Counted from the first letter of the stretch, positions 51,558 through 62,217 are shown. The stretch: 64,000 nt of DNA from an uncultured bacterium (GCA_943787795.1 CALSNU010000001.1:1088001-1152000); one strand, 5' to 3'. A program made the numbers and translations. The notes: a model not told the origin generated them from the sequence alone.

Positions 51558-52742
51558 TCAGAATCCCAGGAAGACCGTGGAGAGGAACGTCGCGATGGGC
51601 GCGGCCTCTCGTTGCTCTTCGAGGCCGCCGGTCAGCGTCCTGAGGGCTCGTTCGATATCCGTGGCGATGGTGTCGTCGTTGATCAGGATGCCGAGGGTGC
51701 CGCGCTGCTCCTTGATCGCCGCAGCCGCGTCGGCCGCGTCTGCGGAGAGGGCCAGCAGGTTCTCGTAGATATCCGGCTCGTTCAGGAGTCGGCCGACGGT
51801 GCCCTCGGGGTTATTGAAGCCCTTGAGCGCGACCTCTAGCTCGTTGGCGATGGCCGGGTCATTGATGAGCCTCGCCAGCGTCCCGTCACCGCGGTCGACC
51901 TTCTCGGACGCCGAGCGCACCGACTCGACGATCGCACGGGCGCTCGCCGCGACCTCCTCGTCATAGATCAGGGTCGAGAGCACTCCTTCCCCGTCCCTCG
52001 CGTCTGCCATGAGCTTGCGCGCATCAGCCACCGCCTCGTCGAGTCCGAGCACAAACGTCTCGATGTCGTTGTAGAGCTTCTCGTCGTAGATCAGCTTGCC
52101 GATGGTCCCCTGTCCGCCGCGCAGCTCCTCGGTGAGGGCCTCGATGTTATCGAAGGTGCCCTGGGCGGACTCGATCGTCGCGACCACCGTGTTGGCGGTC
52201 TGCTCGTCGTTGAGCAGGCGCCCGAAGGTCCCCTCGGCGCCGTTCAGGCTCGCCATCACCTGCTCGAGGCCGGCGACGGAGTTGCGGATGGACTCGCGGT
52301 TCTCGTCCACGAGCTCCCCGAGGGCGGCGAGCACGTCGGGCGCGCTCGAGGCGCGGAGGGGCGCGTCGAGGTCCACCGAGCCCGTGTCGCGCGAGCCGGG
52401 GTCGATGCTCAGCTGGACGCCGCCGAGCACAGACGCCGACTCGATCCGCACCACGTGATCCCCGAAGAGGACGATGGGCTGGTCGAGGGTGATGTCGACG
52501 CGGACTCGCTCGGCGCGCGGTCGCTCGAGGTCGGGCGCCACGGCCTCGACCTTGCCCCACCGGACGCCCGCGAAGAGCACCGGCGCCCCCTTCCGCAGCC
52601 CGCGCGCGTCCTCGGCGTAGGCGACGATGCTCTGCTTGCTCTCGAACAGCGAGAAGTCCGTCTTGAACAGGGTGTAGTACGAGAGGATCGAGATGGCGCT
52701 CAGGAAGAGCAGCCCGAGGGAGAGGTGTCGGCGGGGAGTCAT
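51558..52742 (-). CDS. MCE (MlaD-family) protein with long repeated helical tail
   Basis: N-terminal TM helix; MCE motif 'GL.KGAPV..AGV..GKV', 'LGG..L.I.PG'; six 'GT.G.L..D' repeats. Confidence 0.88.
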   Translation of the reverse strand: MTPRRHLSLGLLFLSAISILSYYTLFKTDFSLFESKQSIVAYAEDARGLRKGAPVLFAGVRWGKVEAVAPDLERPRAERVRVDITLDQPIVLFGDHVVRIESASVLGGVQLSIDPGSRDTGSVDLDAPLRASSAPDVLAALGELVDENRESIRNSVAGLEQVMASLNGAEGTFGRLLNDEQTANTVVATIESAQGTFDNIEALTEELRGGQGTIGKLIYDEKLYNDIETFVLGLDEAVADARKLMADARDGEGVLSTLIYDEEVAASARAIVESVRSASEKVDRGDGTLARLINDPAIANELEVALKGFNNPEGTVGRLLNEPDIYENLLALSADAADAAAAIKEQRGTLGILINDDTIATDIERALRTLTGGLEEQREAAPIATFLSTVFLGF

Positions 52743-52747
52743 GGCGG

Positions 52748-53527
52748 TCAGTTCAGGGCGTCCGGCCCGAGGAACTCGATCAGGCGGGGGTGCGAGGGGC
52801 GCAGGAACTCCTCGGTGGGTTGGTGCACGATGGCCTCGCCCTCGTGGAGGAAGACGACCTCGTCGCACACGGTGCGGATGCAGTCGACGCGGTGCTCGAC
52901 GACCAGCGCCGTGCTCTCGTGGCTCTCGGCGATCTCGCGCATGAGCTCGTTGATGGAGCGTGAGATCTCCGGGTCGAGGCCGGCGTTGGGCTCGTCGTAG
53001 AGGAGGATGTCCGGCTCGACGATGAGGGCTCGGGCGAGGCCGACGCGCTTCTTCATGCCGCCGGAGATCTCGGAGGGGAGCTTCTTGCCCGCATCGGGGA
53101 TGTGGACCATGGCCAGCTTCTCGGCGACGCGGTCGGCGATCTCGCCGCGGCCGAGCTCCGTGTTCTCCACGAGCGGCAGGGCCAGGTTCTCCTCGACCGT
53201 GAGCCAGTTGATGAGCGCGCCCTCCTGGAAGACGTAGCCCATGCGCTTGCGGAGCTCGCTGAGGTCGTGGCCGCTCAGGTCGGGGACGTTTCGGCCCTCC
53301 ACCTCCACGCGGCCCGAGTCGGGCTGGAGCAGGCCGATGACGTGGCGCAGGGCCACGGACTTGCCAGTGCCAGAGCCGCCCATGATCCCGAGGACCTTGC
53401 CCCGCTGGACGTCGAAGGACAGCCCCCGAAGCACCCGCTGGGCGCCGAAGGCCTTGTGGACGTCCTCGAAGCGCAGGATGACGTCCTGCGCGGCGGACCG
53501 CTCTGTGGTGGGGGCGGCGGTGGTCAT
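52748..53527 (-). CDS. mlaF: MlaF-type ABC transporter ATP-binding protein
   Basis: Walker A 'GGSGTGKS', 'VFQEGAL', 'PSEISGGMKKRVGLARA', 'LLYDEPNAGLDP'. Confidence 0.9.
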   Translation of the reverse strand: MTTAAPTTERSAAQDVILRFEDVHKAFGAQRVLRGLSFDVQRGKVLGIMGGSGTGKSVALRHVIGLLQPDSGRVEVEGRNVPDLSGHDLSELRKRMGYVFQEGALINWLTVEENLALPLVENTELGRGEIADRVAEKLAMVHIPDAGKKLPSEISGGMKKRVGLARALIVEPDILLYDEPNAGLDPEISRSINELMREIAESHESTALVVEHRVDCIRTVCDEVVFLHEGEAIVHQPTEEFLRPSHPRLIEFLGPDALN

Positions 53528-54432
53528 CGGTAAAGGAACCACGTGAGGAAGTAGTTGGCGACGATCACCGCGATGATCGAGTCCCGCACAGCGCGGCTCG
53601 TCGCTCGTCCCACGCCGAGCGCGCCGCCCCGAGCCACGAGGCCGCTGGCGCAGGAGATGATCGCGATGAGCCCGCCGAAGATGACCGACTTGAACAGGCC
53701 CGAGTAGACGTCCATGGGGACCGGGATGAGGGCCCCCTTCTCCTGGAGCGCATCCAGGGCGGTCTCGGTGTACTGGGCGAGGGGGACGCCGAGCTGGCTG
53801 GAGGCGACAAAGCCGCCACCGACGATGCCGATCGTGTCGCAGAGGACCGTCAGGACCGGCGCGATGATCATGAGCGCCGCCACGCGCGGCACCACCAGGA
53901 AGGAGACCCGGTCCACCGACATGACCTCCAGGGCCGAGAGCTCGTCGGAGACTGACATCGTTCCGAGCTCCGCGGCCAGCGCGCTGCCCGTCGTCGCGGC
54001 GAGGACGACCGAGGTGATGAACGGGCCCATCTCCCGGGTCATGCTCGCGGCGACGATCGTGCCGATCTGGTCCTGCTGGCCGAAGCGGGAGAGCTCGATC
54101 CCGGTCTGCAGGGACACGATCATCCCCATGAAGAGCCCCACCAGCAGCACCACGTGCATGTTCCGGACGCCTGCAGCGAAGAGCTGCTCCATCAGCCAGC
54201 GCGAGCGCCGCGGCAGGTGATGGAGGCGCATGGCCGTGGCGCCGGCCAGCTCCAGGATCGAGCCCATCTCGACCACGGTCGCGCGGAACCACGCGGCCTG
54301 CAGCAGGACGTACGCCAGCCCCGCCGCGAAGGCGAAGGGGAGGGCGTCCGCGAGCCACCCGGGAGGGGCGGCCAGGAGGTGGGCTGGCGGGGTCATCACG
54401 GGCACGATCAGGGCCTGGGGAGCCGGAATCAA
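53524..54432 (-). CDS. mlaE: MlaE-type ABC permease (start TTG 54432 or ATG 54396)
   Basis: 'REMGP..T...LA...GSA.AAELGTM.VSDELSALEVM', 'LVVPRV.A', 'GGALGVG.AT..AV'. Confidence 0.92.
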   Translation of the reverse strand: MIPAPQALIVPVMTPPAHLLAAPPGWLADALPFAFAAGLAYVLLQAAWFRATVVEMGSILELAGATAMRLHHLPRRSRWLMEQLFAAGVRNMHVVLLVGLFMGMIVSLQTGIELSRFGQQDQIGTIVAASMTREMGPFITSVVLAATTGSALAAELGTMSVSDELSALEVMSVDRVSFLVVPRVAALMIIAPVLTVLCDTIGIVGGGFVASSQLGVPLAQYTETALDALQEKGALIPVPMDVYSGLFKSVIFGGLIAIISCASGLVARGGALGVGRATSRAVRDSIIAVIVANYFLTWFLYR

Positions 54433-56192
54433 CGACTCGGCGGGGAATCGGCAGCCAAACCCAGCGGGGGGAGCGCCGCATCGACGTCAACCCTCGGCGC
54501 AGGTCCAAGGCTGGCGGCGGTCGGGCCAGGGGCCCCCTCTGATGGCGGCGCAGGCTCCAGCGCAGGCTCCAGCGCAGGGTCCAGCGCGGGGCCGAGAGTG
54601 GGGCCGAGAGCGGGGGCGGTGGATGACGGTGTCCTGCGCATGGGCCAGCCCGGGCCGGGGAAGGAGGGGCGGAGCAGCTCGAAGCCCCCGGCGTCGGTCG
54701 AGCGGTACCGGAGCAGCCCGAAGAGCAGCGACCGCTCGCGGGCGCGCTGGCCGGCGCGCGTGTAGTCCCTCGCGGACCACAGGAAGCTCAGGGACCGACG
54801 ATCCTCGTCCGCGTCCTTCTCGCGCCTCCACAGGCCGAGCCAGGAGCGAGAGCGGACCTCGTCGCCGTTCCGGCGCCGGGTGTAGAGCTCCCAGAGCCAG
54901 GCGTAGTGCTCGTCCACGAACTCGTAGTCGGGGAACGGATTGAGGTCAATGACGTGCACGTCGCTCTGTCCAGGCGCCGTCCGGACGCGGCCGAAGGGCC
55001 AGGCCTTGCGGTAGCGCTCGGTCCCCAGCGGCCCGGTGGACTCGGGCGTCACGAAGGTCCGCTCTCGCTCGTAGCTACGCCAGAGCGGGAAGGCCTTGAA
55101 GGTGTCCTTGGTTCCGTCGTCGTAGTCCTCATGGCGCCAGTTCACCAGCGGCCAGGCCACCCACTTGGAGGTCATGCCGTCGCCTTTGTAGGAGGAGTAG
55201 AAGGGCCACACACGCTTGCGCGTGGCGCGCTCGGGGTCGCCGCCCTGGAAGACCACGAGCGGCCAGGGGCCATCCCACGCCCAGAAGCCCGTGCGCTTGT
55301 CCTTGGCATAGCCGAAGAGCGGCCAGAGGAAGGAGGTGCTCGTGGCCTGCTCGCGGCGGGCCTGCCCTCCGAGGGGCCAGATCATCCACGACGAGCGCTG
55401 CTGCTCGTCCCCGAATTGGACATCGTTGCGCTGCCAGTGGAAGAACGGCCAGAGGAAGAACCAGCGGTCGTACCTGCCGTCCCAGCTCCGGTTGCCGATG
55501 AGGGGCCAGGCGCGCCAGGCGGTCCCGCCGGCTCCGTAGGAGTAGGAGAAGAACGGCCAGAGGAAGTGGTCGGTCGTCCGGCCGGAGCGCTCGGTCCGTA
55601 GCCAGAGCGGGAACAGCACGAAGGTGCCGCGGTCGAGGGAGAGGAACTTCTCCACCACCCCGCCGAACGGGAAGAAGGCGCGCTGGACCCGGCCGTCTTC
55701 ATGGGACGACAGGTAGATCCCCGGGAGGATGAGCAGGGACCACGTCTTGAAGCCGTTGTCCTCCACCTGGCTGGCGTATCGAACCAGCGGGATGAACTGG
55801 GACACCTCGGACTGCTGGGAGGCGTCCTTCTTGATCTGGCCGAACGGCGGGATGAACCACGCCCGCTCGTCGCCGTTCGCGTCCGTGCGGTTGGACAGGA
55901 TGGGCCGCACGGCCCAGTAGCGGCGGTCGCCGGAGTTGGGGTCCCGGCGGGTCACGACCGCGCCCCCGAGCGCCTCCACCTCCGGCACGCCACCTGCGGC
56001 GGAGTGCGAGGAGAAGAACGGAGACAGATTACGCTCGGTCGACGGGCCGGCGCAGGCGGCGCAGAGACTCAGCGCGGCGGCCAAGATGCCGCGACGCCAT
56101 GGCCGCGGACGTCCGGCCCGGCGGCTCCAAGGAGCGCGCCCCGCAGGGCTCCGGAAGCAGGAGCCAAGTTGGGATTCGTGAACGGCGGGCAT
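54429..56192 (-). CDS. Hypothetical lipoprotein with many W/F-P-F/L aromatic repeats (start uncertain)
   Basis: Lipobox-like 'ALSLCAAC'; recurring LWPFF/AWPL/IWPL/VWPF motifs; stop overlaps the mlaE TTG (TTGA). Confidence 0.8.
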   Translation of the reverse strand: MPAVHESQLGSCFRSPAGRAPWSRRAGRPRPWRRGILAAALSLCAACAGPSTERNLSPFFSSHSAAGGVPEVEALGGAVVTRRDPNSGDRRYWAVRPILSNRTDANGDERAWFIPPFGQIKKDASQQSEVSQFIPLVRYASQVEDNGFKTWSLLILPGIYLSSHEDGRVQRAFFPFGGVVEKFLSLDRGTFVLFPLWLRTERSGRTTDHFLWPFFSYSYGAGGTAWRAWPLIGNRSWDGRYDRWFFLWPFFHWQRNDVQFGDEQQRSSWMIWPLGGQARREQATSTSFLWPLFGYAKDKRTGFWAWDGPWPLVVFQGGDPERATRKRVWPFYSSYKGDGMTSKWVAWPLVNWRHEDYDDGTKDTFKAFPLWRSYERERTFVTPESTGPLGTERYRKAWPFGRVRTAPGQSDVHVIDLNPFPDYEFVDEHYAWLWELYTRRRNGDEVRSRSWLGLWRREKDADEDRRSLSFLWSARDYTRAGQRARERSLLFGLLRYRSTDAGGFELLRPSFPGPGWPMRRTPSSTAPALGPTLGPALDPALEPALEPAPPSEGAPGPTAASLGPAPRVDVDAALPPLGLAADSPPSR

Positions 56193-56450
56193 GGGGCTCC
56201 CGGAGATTCTGTCGGGCTCACGTGGGGGATACCACATGAACCGGTGGTGCCTTGGGCGGAAGCGGCTCCCTGACGGGCGAGATGTGGCTACCGGGCGATG
56301 GCGTGGGCGTGGAGAAGGGCAGCCGGTCGCGGGGCGGGGCGACGGGCGACCCCGGTCCGGCCCGGCTCACGACTCCGCGTCGCTGGCTGGCGGGATTCCT
56401 CCGCGGCGCGGGCTTGACGCGCCGGATCCGCGGGGCACGGTGTGGGCGAT

Positions 56451-57446
56451 ATGACCACAGCAACGCCGACCACCCTCTCGGGAATTCAGCCCAGCGGACT
56501 GCAGCACCTCGGCAACTACTTCGGTGCGATCCGGCAGCACGTGGCCTCCCAGGCCACCCCGGGCGAGCACTTCTTCTTCATCGCGGACTACCACGCGCTG
56601 ACGACCATCCACGACGCAGAGACGCTGCGTGGTCACGTGCGCGACCTGGCCGCGACCTACCTCGCGCTGGGGCTCGATCCGGAGCAGGCGGTGTTCTTCA
56701 GGCAATCGGATGTGCCCGAGGTGACCGAGCTGACGTGGCTGCTGTCCACCGTCACGGGCATGGGGCTGCTGGAGCGAGCGCACTCCTACAAGGACAAGAC
56801 CGCCAAGGGGATCAAGCCCTCGGTGGGGCTGTTCACCTATCCGATCCTGATGGCGGCGGACATCCTCGCGTACGACTCGACGGTGGTGCCGGTCGGGAAG
56901 GATCAGGTCCAGCACGTGGAGATGGCGCAGGACATGGCGACCCACTTCAACTCCCGGTTTGGAGAGGTCTTCACCCGGCCGGAGGCCCGGATCCCCGAGC
57001 GTGCAGACATGGCCAAGGTGCCTGGTCTGGACGGGCAGAAGATGTCCAAGTCGTACGGCAACCACCTGTGGATCTTCGAGGAGGGGAAGAAGCTGAAGAA
57101 GGCCATCGGACGGATCGCCACGGACAGCCGCCCGCCGGAGGAGCCGAAGGACCCGGCGAGCGTGGCGCTCTTTGACTTCCTGGCGCTCTTTCTCGACCAG
57201 ACCGAGTTGGACCAGTGGAAGGGGCGCGTTGAGCTTGGCGGCGAGGGCGCGCCGGGTTACGGCCACCTCAAGGTCCGTCTCGTGGAGGCCATGGACGCTC
57301 ACTTCGCCGAGCCCAGGGAGCGCCGCCGCGCCCTCCTGGATGACCCTGCCGAGCTGGACCGGATCCTCGCGAGGGGCGCGGAGCGCGCGCGCGAGCGGGC
57401 CACGGCGGTGCGGGATCGGGCCTACAGGGCCTGCGGGCTGCGCTGA
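56451..57446 (+). CDS. trpS: Tryptophan--tRNA ligase
   Basis: 'SGIQPSG..HLGNY.GA', 'ADYHALT', 'YPILMAADIL', 'VPVGKDQ.QH', 'KMSKSYGN'. Confidence 0.97.
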   Translation: MTTATPTTLSGIQPSGLQHLGNYFGAIRQHVASQATPGEHFFFIADYHALTTIHDAETLRGHVRDLAATYLALGLDPEQAVFFRQSDVPEVTELTWLLSTVTGMGLLERAHSYKDKTAKGIKPSVGLFTYPILMAADILAYDSTVVPVGKDQVQHVEMAQDMATHFNSRFGEVFTRPEARIPERADMAKVPGLDGQKMSKSYGNHLWIFEEGKKLKKAIGRIATDSRPPEEPKDPASVALFDFLALFLDQTELDQWKGRVELGGEGAPGYGHLKVRLVEAMDAHFAEPRERRRALLDDPAELDRILARGAERARERATAVRDRAYRACGLR

Positions 57447-57543
57447 TCGGTCGAGTCGGGGCGGCGATGGGAGGCTGGGCACAAGGACGTCGGTGATCCT
57501 GCCGATAGACCCCATGTCAGGCCCCTTGACCCCCTCGACCTCC

Positions 57544-58131
57544 ATGACGATTCGCTACATCGGCGCCCTGACGGCGCTTCTGCTCCTCACCCCCGGGTGC
57601 CGCTCGGCCGGCACCACCGCGCAGGAGCGGTTCACCGCTCCTGACGATGGTGCCGTCTCCGCCCAGGAGTCTTCAGGCGAGACAGACGGCTGGACGGAGC
57701 CCGAGGCCAACGTGCCCGCCCCGCCGCCCGAGTGGACCGGCGCCTTCGGGGAGACGGCGGTCCTCCTGGCGAACACGCTCCGCATCGAGGGGCCGGCGCC
57801 GCTCATCGAGCACGTGGTGGCGAGCTCCGACAAGGAGCTCTACGACCGCCGTGTGACCACCACGCCCCTCGGGTTTGTCCAGGTCATCAAGCGCCGCTCG
57901 ACCTCCAGCCGTGAGGTCCGCGTCCAGCTGGACGCCTGGAGCCTGGCAGCCATCGATGAGGTCACCATCGTGGAGACCGCAGCCCAGGGGCCGGTCAAGG
58001 TCATCGCCAACGGGAAGGCGATCTGGAGAGACCTCGACGCGCGCCTGATGCAGGGCGAGCGGCTACAGTTCACGGGTGCGATCGGAGACGAATCCCCATT
58101 CATGCCGCCTCCGAGCGGTGACACCCGCTGA
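57544..58131 (+). CDS. Hypothetical lipoprotein
   Basis: Signal peptide with lipobox-like Cys: 'MTIRYIGALTALLLLTPGC'; coding-like codon usage. Confidence 0.7.
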   Translation: MTIRYIGALTALLLLTPGCRSAGTTAQERFTAPDDGAVSAQESSGETDGWTEPEANVPAPPPEWTGAFGETAVLLANTLRIEGPAPLIEHVVASSDKELYDRRVTTTPLGFVQVIKRRSTSSREVRVQLDAWSLAAIDEVTIVETAAQGPVKVIANGKAIWRDLDARLMQGERLQFTGAIGDESPFMPPPSGDTR

Positions 58132-58180
58132 GGTGGACCCCGCTGAGGTGGACCCCGCTGAGGCCGGCTCTGCTGATGTC

Positions 58181-59383
58181 GTGACCCTCGCGTCCGATCC
58201 CCCCCGGGTCCGGCGTCGGCTGTCTCGCGTGAGCTCAGCGCTGGGCGAGAGGGTGCGGCTGCTGAGGCCCGCGCTCATGGCGGCGGGACTCGTCTTTTGG
58301 GGAGCGGGGTGCGCAGCCCGGACCGAGGTCTGGGAGGCGACCTGGGACGCGCCCTACGCGGCGTTCGGACCTGATGAGCGAGCCCAGTTTTCCCAGGTCC
58401 GGCAGCTCCTCGATCGAGGGCAGCGGCTGGACGGGTTGGGAGCTCTGCAGGTGCTCGTGAATGAGGATGGGGACAACCTGGAACTCGCCTGCTGGCTGCA
58501 GGACCTGGAGGCCGAGCTGCTCCTCGACGGGGTGGAGCCGCGTCGGGTCTTCCCGGAGGCCGATGAGCCCCTCGACCGCGCCGCGGCGGAAGTCGGTGAT
58601 CCGGCGGAGGATCTTCGGCGCGTCTACGCGGCCCGCGCCGCGGAGCTGCCCACGGTCCAGGCGTTGATCCTGGCCGCTCGGGTCGAGACCGATGGCCCCG
58701 CCGCGGAGTCCTTGCTCCGCCGGGCGCTCGAGCTGGATCCGGTTTGCTCCTGGGCCCACTATGGGCTCAGCCACGTCCTCCTCGAGAAGCGCTCGCAGCC
58801 AGACCGCTGGAGCCTGGCGAGGGACGCCCTGGACCGGGCTCTGGAGATCGAGCCGGGCAACCTTCGCGCCCGGCGACTGGAGGCCTGGATGCTGGCGGAG
58901 GAGGGGAGCCGTGACGTCGCGGAGAAGCAGCTTCGGCGTTGGCTGGAGGAGTCCGCCGAGGACCCGCGCGTCTCACGGGTGGAGGCGGTGGAGGCGCGCC
59001 TGGACCTCGCGCTCCTGTTGCTGCTGCGCGGGGAGGATCGTCGCGCGGCCAGGCTGCTCGAAGACCTCGAGGGTGAGCCCGTGGGGCGCGCGCGCCGCTG
59101 GATGCTGCTCACCGTCGCGCGCCAGGAGGGCGGTGACCTGCTCGGCGCTTTGGACGCGACGTTGCGCGCCCAGGGCGCGGCGGCGGGGGATGTGCTGCCG
59201 CTCGTCCAGGAGGCGCTGCTCAGTGAGGCGTTCCTGGATCGGCCAGAGGTCGCGAGTGCCCTCTGGGAAGAGGTGGCGGAGCTCGCGGAAGACGGGGCCA
59301 CGATTGGTGACCTCGTGCAGGGGCTCCGCGCGCGGGTTCGCATGGAGCGGAGCCGCTCAGCGGCGGAGGAGGAGACCCCTTGA
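58181..59383 (+). CDS. TPR-like helical-repeat lipoprotein (start uncertain)
   Basis: 'GLVFWGAGC' lipobox-like; TPR patterns 'LRRALELDP...AHYGL' and '[13 protein letters not shown]'; stop overlaps the dtd start. Confidence 0.75.
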   Translation: MTLASDPPRVRRRLSRVSSALGERVRLLRPALMAAGLVFWGAGCAARTEVWEATWDAPYAAFGPDERAQFSQVRQLLDRGQRLDGLGALQVLVNEDGDNLELACWLQDLEAELLLDGVEPRRVFPEADEPLDRAAAEVGDPAEDLRRVYAARAAELPTVQALILAARVETDGPAAESLLRRALELDPVCSWAHYGLSHVLLEKRSQPDRWSLARDALDRALEIEPGNLRARRLEAWMLAEEGSRDVAEKQLRRWLEESAEDPRVSRVEAVEARLDLALLLLLRGEDRRAARLLEDLEGEPVGRARRWMLLTVARQEGGDLLGALDATLRAQGAAAGDVLPLVQEALLSEAFLDRPEVASALWEEVAELAEDGATIGDLVQGLRARVRMERSRSAAEEETP

Positions 59384-59841
59384 GGGTGGTGCTCCAGAGA
59401 ACGCAGAGGGCTGCTGTGCGCGTGGAGGGCGAGGTGGTGGGCGCCATTGGCTCCGGGGTCCTCGTGCTGCTCGGCGTGATGGAGGGAGACGGAGCTGCCG
59501 AGGTCGAACGACTCGCCTCCAAGGTGGCGCAGTTTCGATTCTTCGGTGACGCCGAGGGGCGAATGAACCTGTCCGCGCTGGACCTGCTCGAGGCAGGGCA
59601 GGAGGTGGGCGTGCTGGTGGTCAGTCAGTTCACCCTCGCCGCCGACGGTCGGAAGGGGCGGCGCCCGTCCTTCGACAAGGCCGCGGCGCCCGCCCTCGCG
59701 GAGCCCCTCTACGAGCGCTTCTGCGCCTGCCTGAGGACTCAGGGACTTCCCGTGGAAACAGGCGTCTTCGGAGCCTCCATGGCGATTGAGCTCATCAACG
59801 ACGGCCCAGCGACCTTCGTCCTCGATGACCCTGCAGGCTGA
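59380..59841 (+). CDS. dtd: D-aminoacyl-tRNA deacylase
   Basis: 'MRVVLQR', 'G.MNLS', 'VSQFTL', 'KGRRPSF', 'G.FGA.M....NDGP'. Confidence 0.96.
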   Translation: MRVVLQRTQRAAVRVEGEVVGAIGSGVLVLLGVMEGDGAAEVERLASKVAQFRFFGDAEGRMNLSALDLLEAGQEVGVLVVSQFTLAADGRKGRRPSFDKAAAPALAEPLYERFCACLRTQGLPVETGVFGASMAIELINDGPATFVLDDPAG

Positions 59842-60002
59842 CGTTGATGAGTACGAGCGATCAGGAGGGGTTGCTGCGCTTGGGGCCTGCGGATTGTCCG
59901 TATGGTGCGGGTCCTTGACGCAGTGCCGGATCAGTGAGAGCATCAGGTAGACCCGTGCGCCGCGCCGCTGCACGTCGCACGCCGGTCTCGTCGACAGAGC
60001 CC

Positions 60003-60419
60003 ATGACGGAATCCCAGTCCAGAACCATCACCAAGCGCGAGCTGGTGAATCGCATTGCAGAGGAGACGGACCTGACCAAGGTCGCGGTGCGCGATGTGAT
60101 CCAGAGCTTCCTCGACTCCATCGTCGATGAACTCTCGCAGGGGAACCGGCTCGAGTTCCGCGAGTTCGGGGTCTTCGAGGTGCGGGAGCGCGCCGCCAGG
60201 CTGGCGCAAAACCCCAAGACCCTCGAGAAGGTCGAGGTGCCCGCCAAGCGCGTCGTCAAGTTCAAGGTGGGCCGGGTGATGCGTCAGCGCGTTTGCGACG
60301 AGATCGGTCCGGACGAGATCGAGGCGACCCCCGCGCCGGCCGAGCCGTCGAGCGAGGCCGCCGCGCCCCGTCCGCAGCCGCCGACCCCGCCGCCGACGAA
60401 GCCTGGCTCGCCGTTCTGA
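60003..60419 (+). CDS. HU/IHF family DNA-binding protein with Pro-rich tail
   Basis: 'TKRELV..IA', 'LEFREFGVFEVRERAAR.AQNPKT.E.V.VPAKRVVKFK.G'. Confidence 0.93.
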   Translation: MTESQSRTITKRELVNRIAEETDLTKVAVRDVIQSFLDSIVDELSQGNRLEFREFGVFEVRERAARLAQNPKTLEKVEVPAKRVVKFKVGRVMRQRVCDEIGPDEIEATPAPAEPSSEAAAPRPQPPTPPPTKPGSPF

Positions 60420-60828
60420 CGGCTCCTGACTGACGGCTCTCGGCTGCGGCTCTCGGCTGGCGGCTCCGGACTGACGGCTTCGGGCCGACGGTCCCTGGCC
60501 ACGGGGCCGGTTCGCATGTTCGCAGCTTCTCTTGTGGCGTCGGGCCTCGGGCCCGTGGGCGGCTGGGCCTCCGGCCCGGCCACGGCTTCGATCCCATGAG
60601 CCCAGCCGTGTCGCAGCTGGAGCTCGGGCCCTGCGTGGATCCTGGACCCCGCCTGGGCCTCGGACCTCGCGGAGCCCATGGTCACGCGAAGCCCATGGTC
60701 ACGCGGAGGGGGGGGCACGCGGAGGCGGGGGTCACCCGGAGGCGGGGGTCACTTGGCGGTGAGGGTCTGAGGCGTCGGGGCCGCGGGGCTCAGGGCGCAG
60801 TTGCGGCTCAGAATCAGACTCGGCCCCT

Positions 60829-60948
60829 TCGAGCGAGTGGACTCCTTCGAGCGAGTGGACTCCTTCGAGCGAGTGGACCCAGTCGAGCGAGTGGACCCAG
60901 TCGAGCGAGTGGACCCAGTCGAGCGAGTGGACCCAGTCGAGCGGGTGG
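60829..60948. repeat. 18-bp minisatellite with TCGAGCGAGTGGAC core, ~6.5 copies
   Basis: Tandem copies between the convergent HU/IHF and metB-like genes. Confidence 0.93.
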
Positions 60949-61017
60949 GGGCATGGGCCGGGCCGACTCAGAACTGCGGACCGCCGGCCGGTGGTTGCGG
61001 CCGGCGGTACGCGGGAG

Positions 61018-62217
61018 TCAGGCTCGGACGCCCGCGGACCGGGCGGCCTGTTCGAGGGCCTGGGCCACGTCGATGAGCAGGTCGTCGACGTTCTCGATGC
61101 CCACCGACAGCCTCACCAGTCCATCCGCGAGGCCAGCGGCGCGGCGAACCTCCGCCGGGATCGACGCGTGCGTCATGGACGGGGGGACCTCCACGAGAGA
61201 CTCCACGCCGCCAAGAGACTCGGCCAGGGTGAAGATCTTTGTGGCGGTGGCGAAGGCATTAGCGGCCTCGACGCCCCCCTTCAACTCGAAGGACACCATG
61301 CCTCCCGGCTGAGACATCTGGCGCTGGGCGATCGTGAGCTGCGGGTGATCGGGCAGGCCCGGATAGATCACGCGGTCCACCAGTTCATGCTCGGAGAGCG
61401 CCTCGGCGACGGCCTGGGCGTTGGAGCAGTGTCGGTCCATGCGGACGCCAAGGGTCTTCGTACCGCGTAGCACGAGGAAGGCGTCGAGCGGTGCGAGGCA
61501 TCCGCCGACCGCGTTTTGATAGAACGCGAGCTCCTCGCGGGTCTTCTCGTCGCGCCCGATCAGGGCGCCACCAATCAGGTCCGAGTGACCGCCGAGGTAC
61601 TTCGACAGCGAATGGAGGACGATATCCGCGCCGTGCTCAAGGGGGCGCTGGAGGTAGGGGGTCGCGAAGGTGTTGTCGACCACCAGCTGCGCGCCGCCAG
61701 CGTGGGCGATCTCCGCGGCAGCGGCGATGTCCGTCAGGCGCAGGAGCGGGTTCGAAGGGGTCTCGACGTAGACGTATCGAGTGTTCGACTTCATCGCCGC
61801 CTGGATGTTCGCGGCATCGGTGGTATCGACGAAGCTGAACTCGACTCCGTAGCGCTCGAAGACCTTGGTGAAGATGCGGTAGGTGCCGCCGTAGAGGTCA
61901 TTGCCCGCCACCACGTGATCCCCAGGATTCATCCGATCCATCAGGGCGTTCGTTGACGCGAGGCCCGACGCATAGCAGAGCCCCCAGTCGCCGCCCTCGA
62001 GGGAGGCCAGGTTGGCCTCGAGCGCCGTCCGGGTCGGGTTGGTCGTTCGCGAGTACTCGTACCCGTGGCGCGGGACCGCAGGGGCCTCCTGGGCGTAGGT
62101 GCTCGTCAGGTAGACGGGCGTCATCACGGCGCCATTGGTCGGGTCGGGCGACTGCCCGGCGTGGACCGCGCGGGTCTCGAACTTGGCGTCCTTGGGGATG
62201 TGATGCGAGTCAGTCAT
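61018..62217 (-). CDS. Cystathionine gamma-synthase / gamma-lyase (Cys/Met metabolism PLP family)
   Basis: 'YSRTTNPTR', 'YGGT.R', 'ETPSNP', 'DNTFATP', PLP lysine 'SLSKYLGGHSD', 'AESLGGVESL', 'RLSVGIE'. Confidence 0.93.
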   Translation of the reverse strand: MTDSHHIPKDAKFETRAVHAGQSPDPTNGAVMTPVYLTSTYAQEAPAVPRHGYEYSRTTNPTRTALEANLASLEGGDWGLCYASGLASTNALMDRMNPGDHVVAGNDLYGGTYRIFTKVFERYGVEFSFVDTTDAANIQAAMKSNTRYVYVETPSNPLLRLTDIAAAAEIAHAGGAQLVVDNTFATPYLQRPLEHGADIVLHSLSKYLGGHSDLIGGALIGRDEKTREELAFYQNAVGGCLAPLDAFLVLRGTKTLGVRMDRHCSNAQAVAEALSEHELVDRVIYPGLPDHPQLTIAQRQMSQPGGMVSFELKGGVEAANAFATATKIFTLAESLGGVESLVEVPPSMTHASIPAEVRRAAGLADGLVRLSVGIENVDDLLIDVAQALEQAARSAGVRA

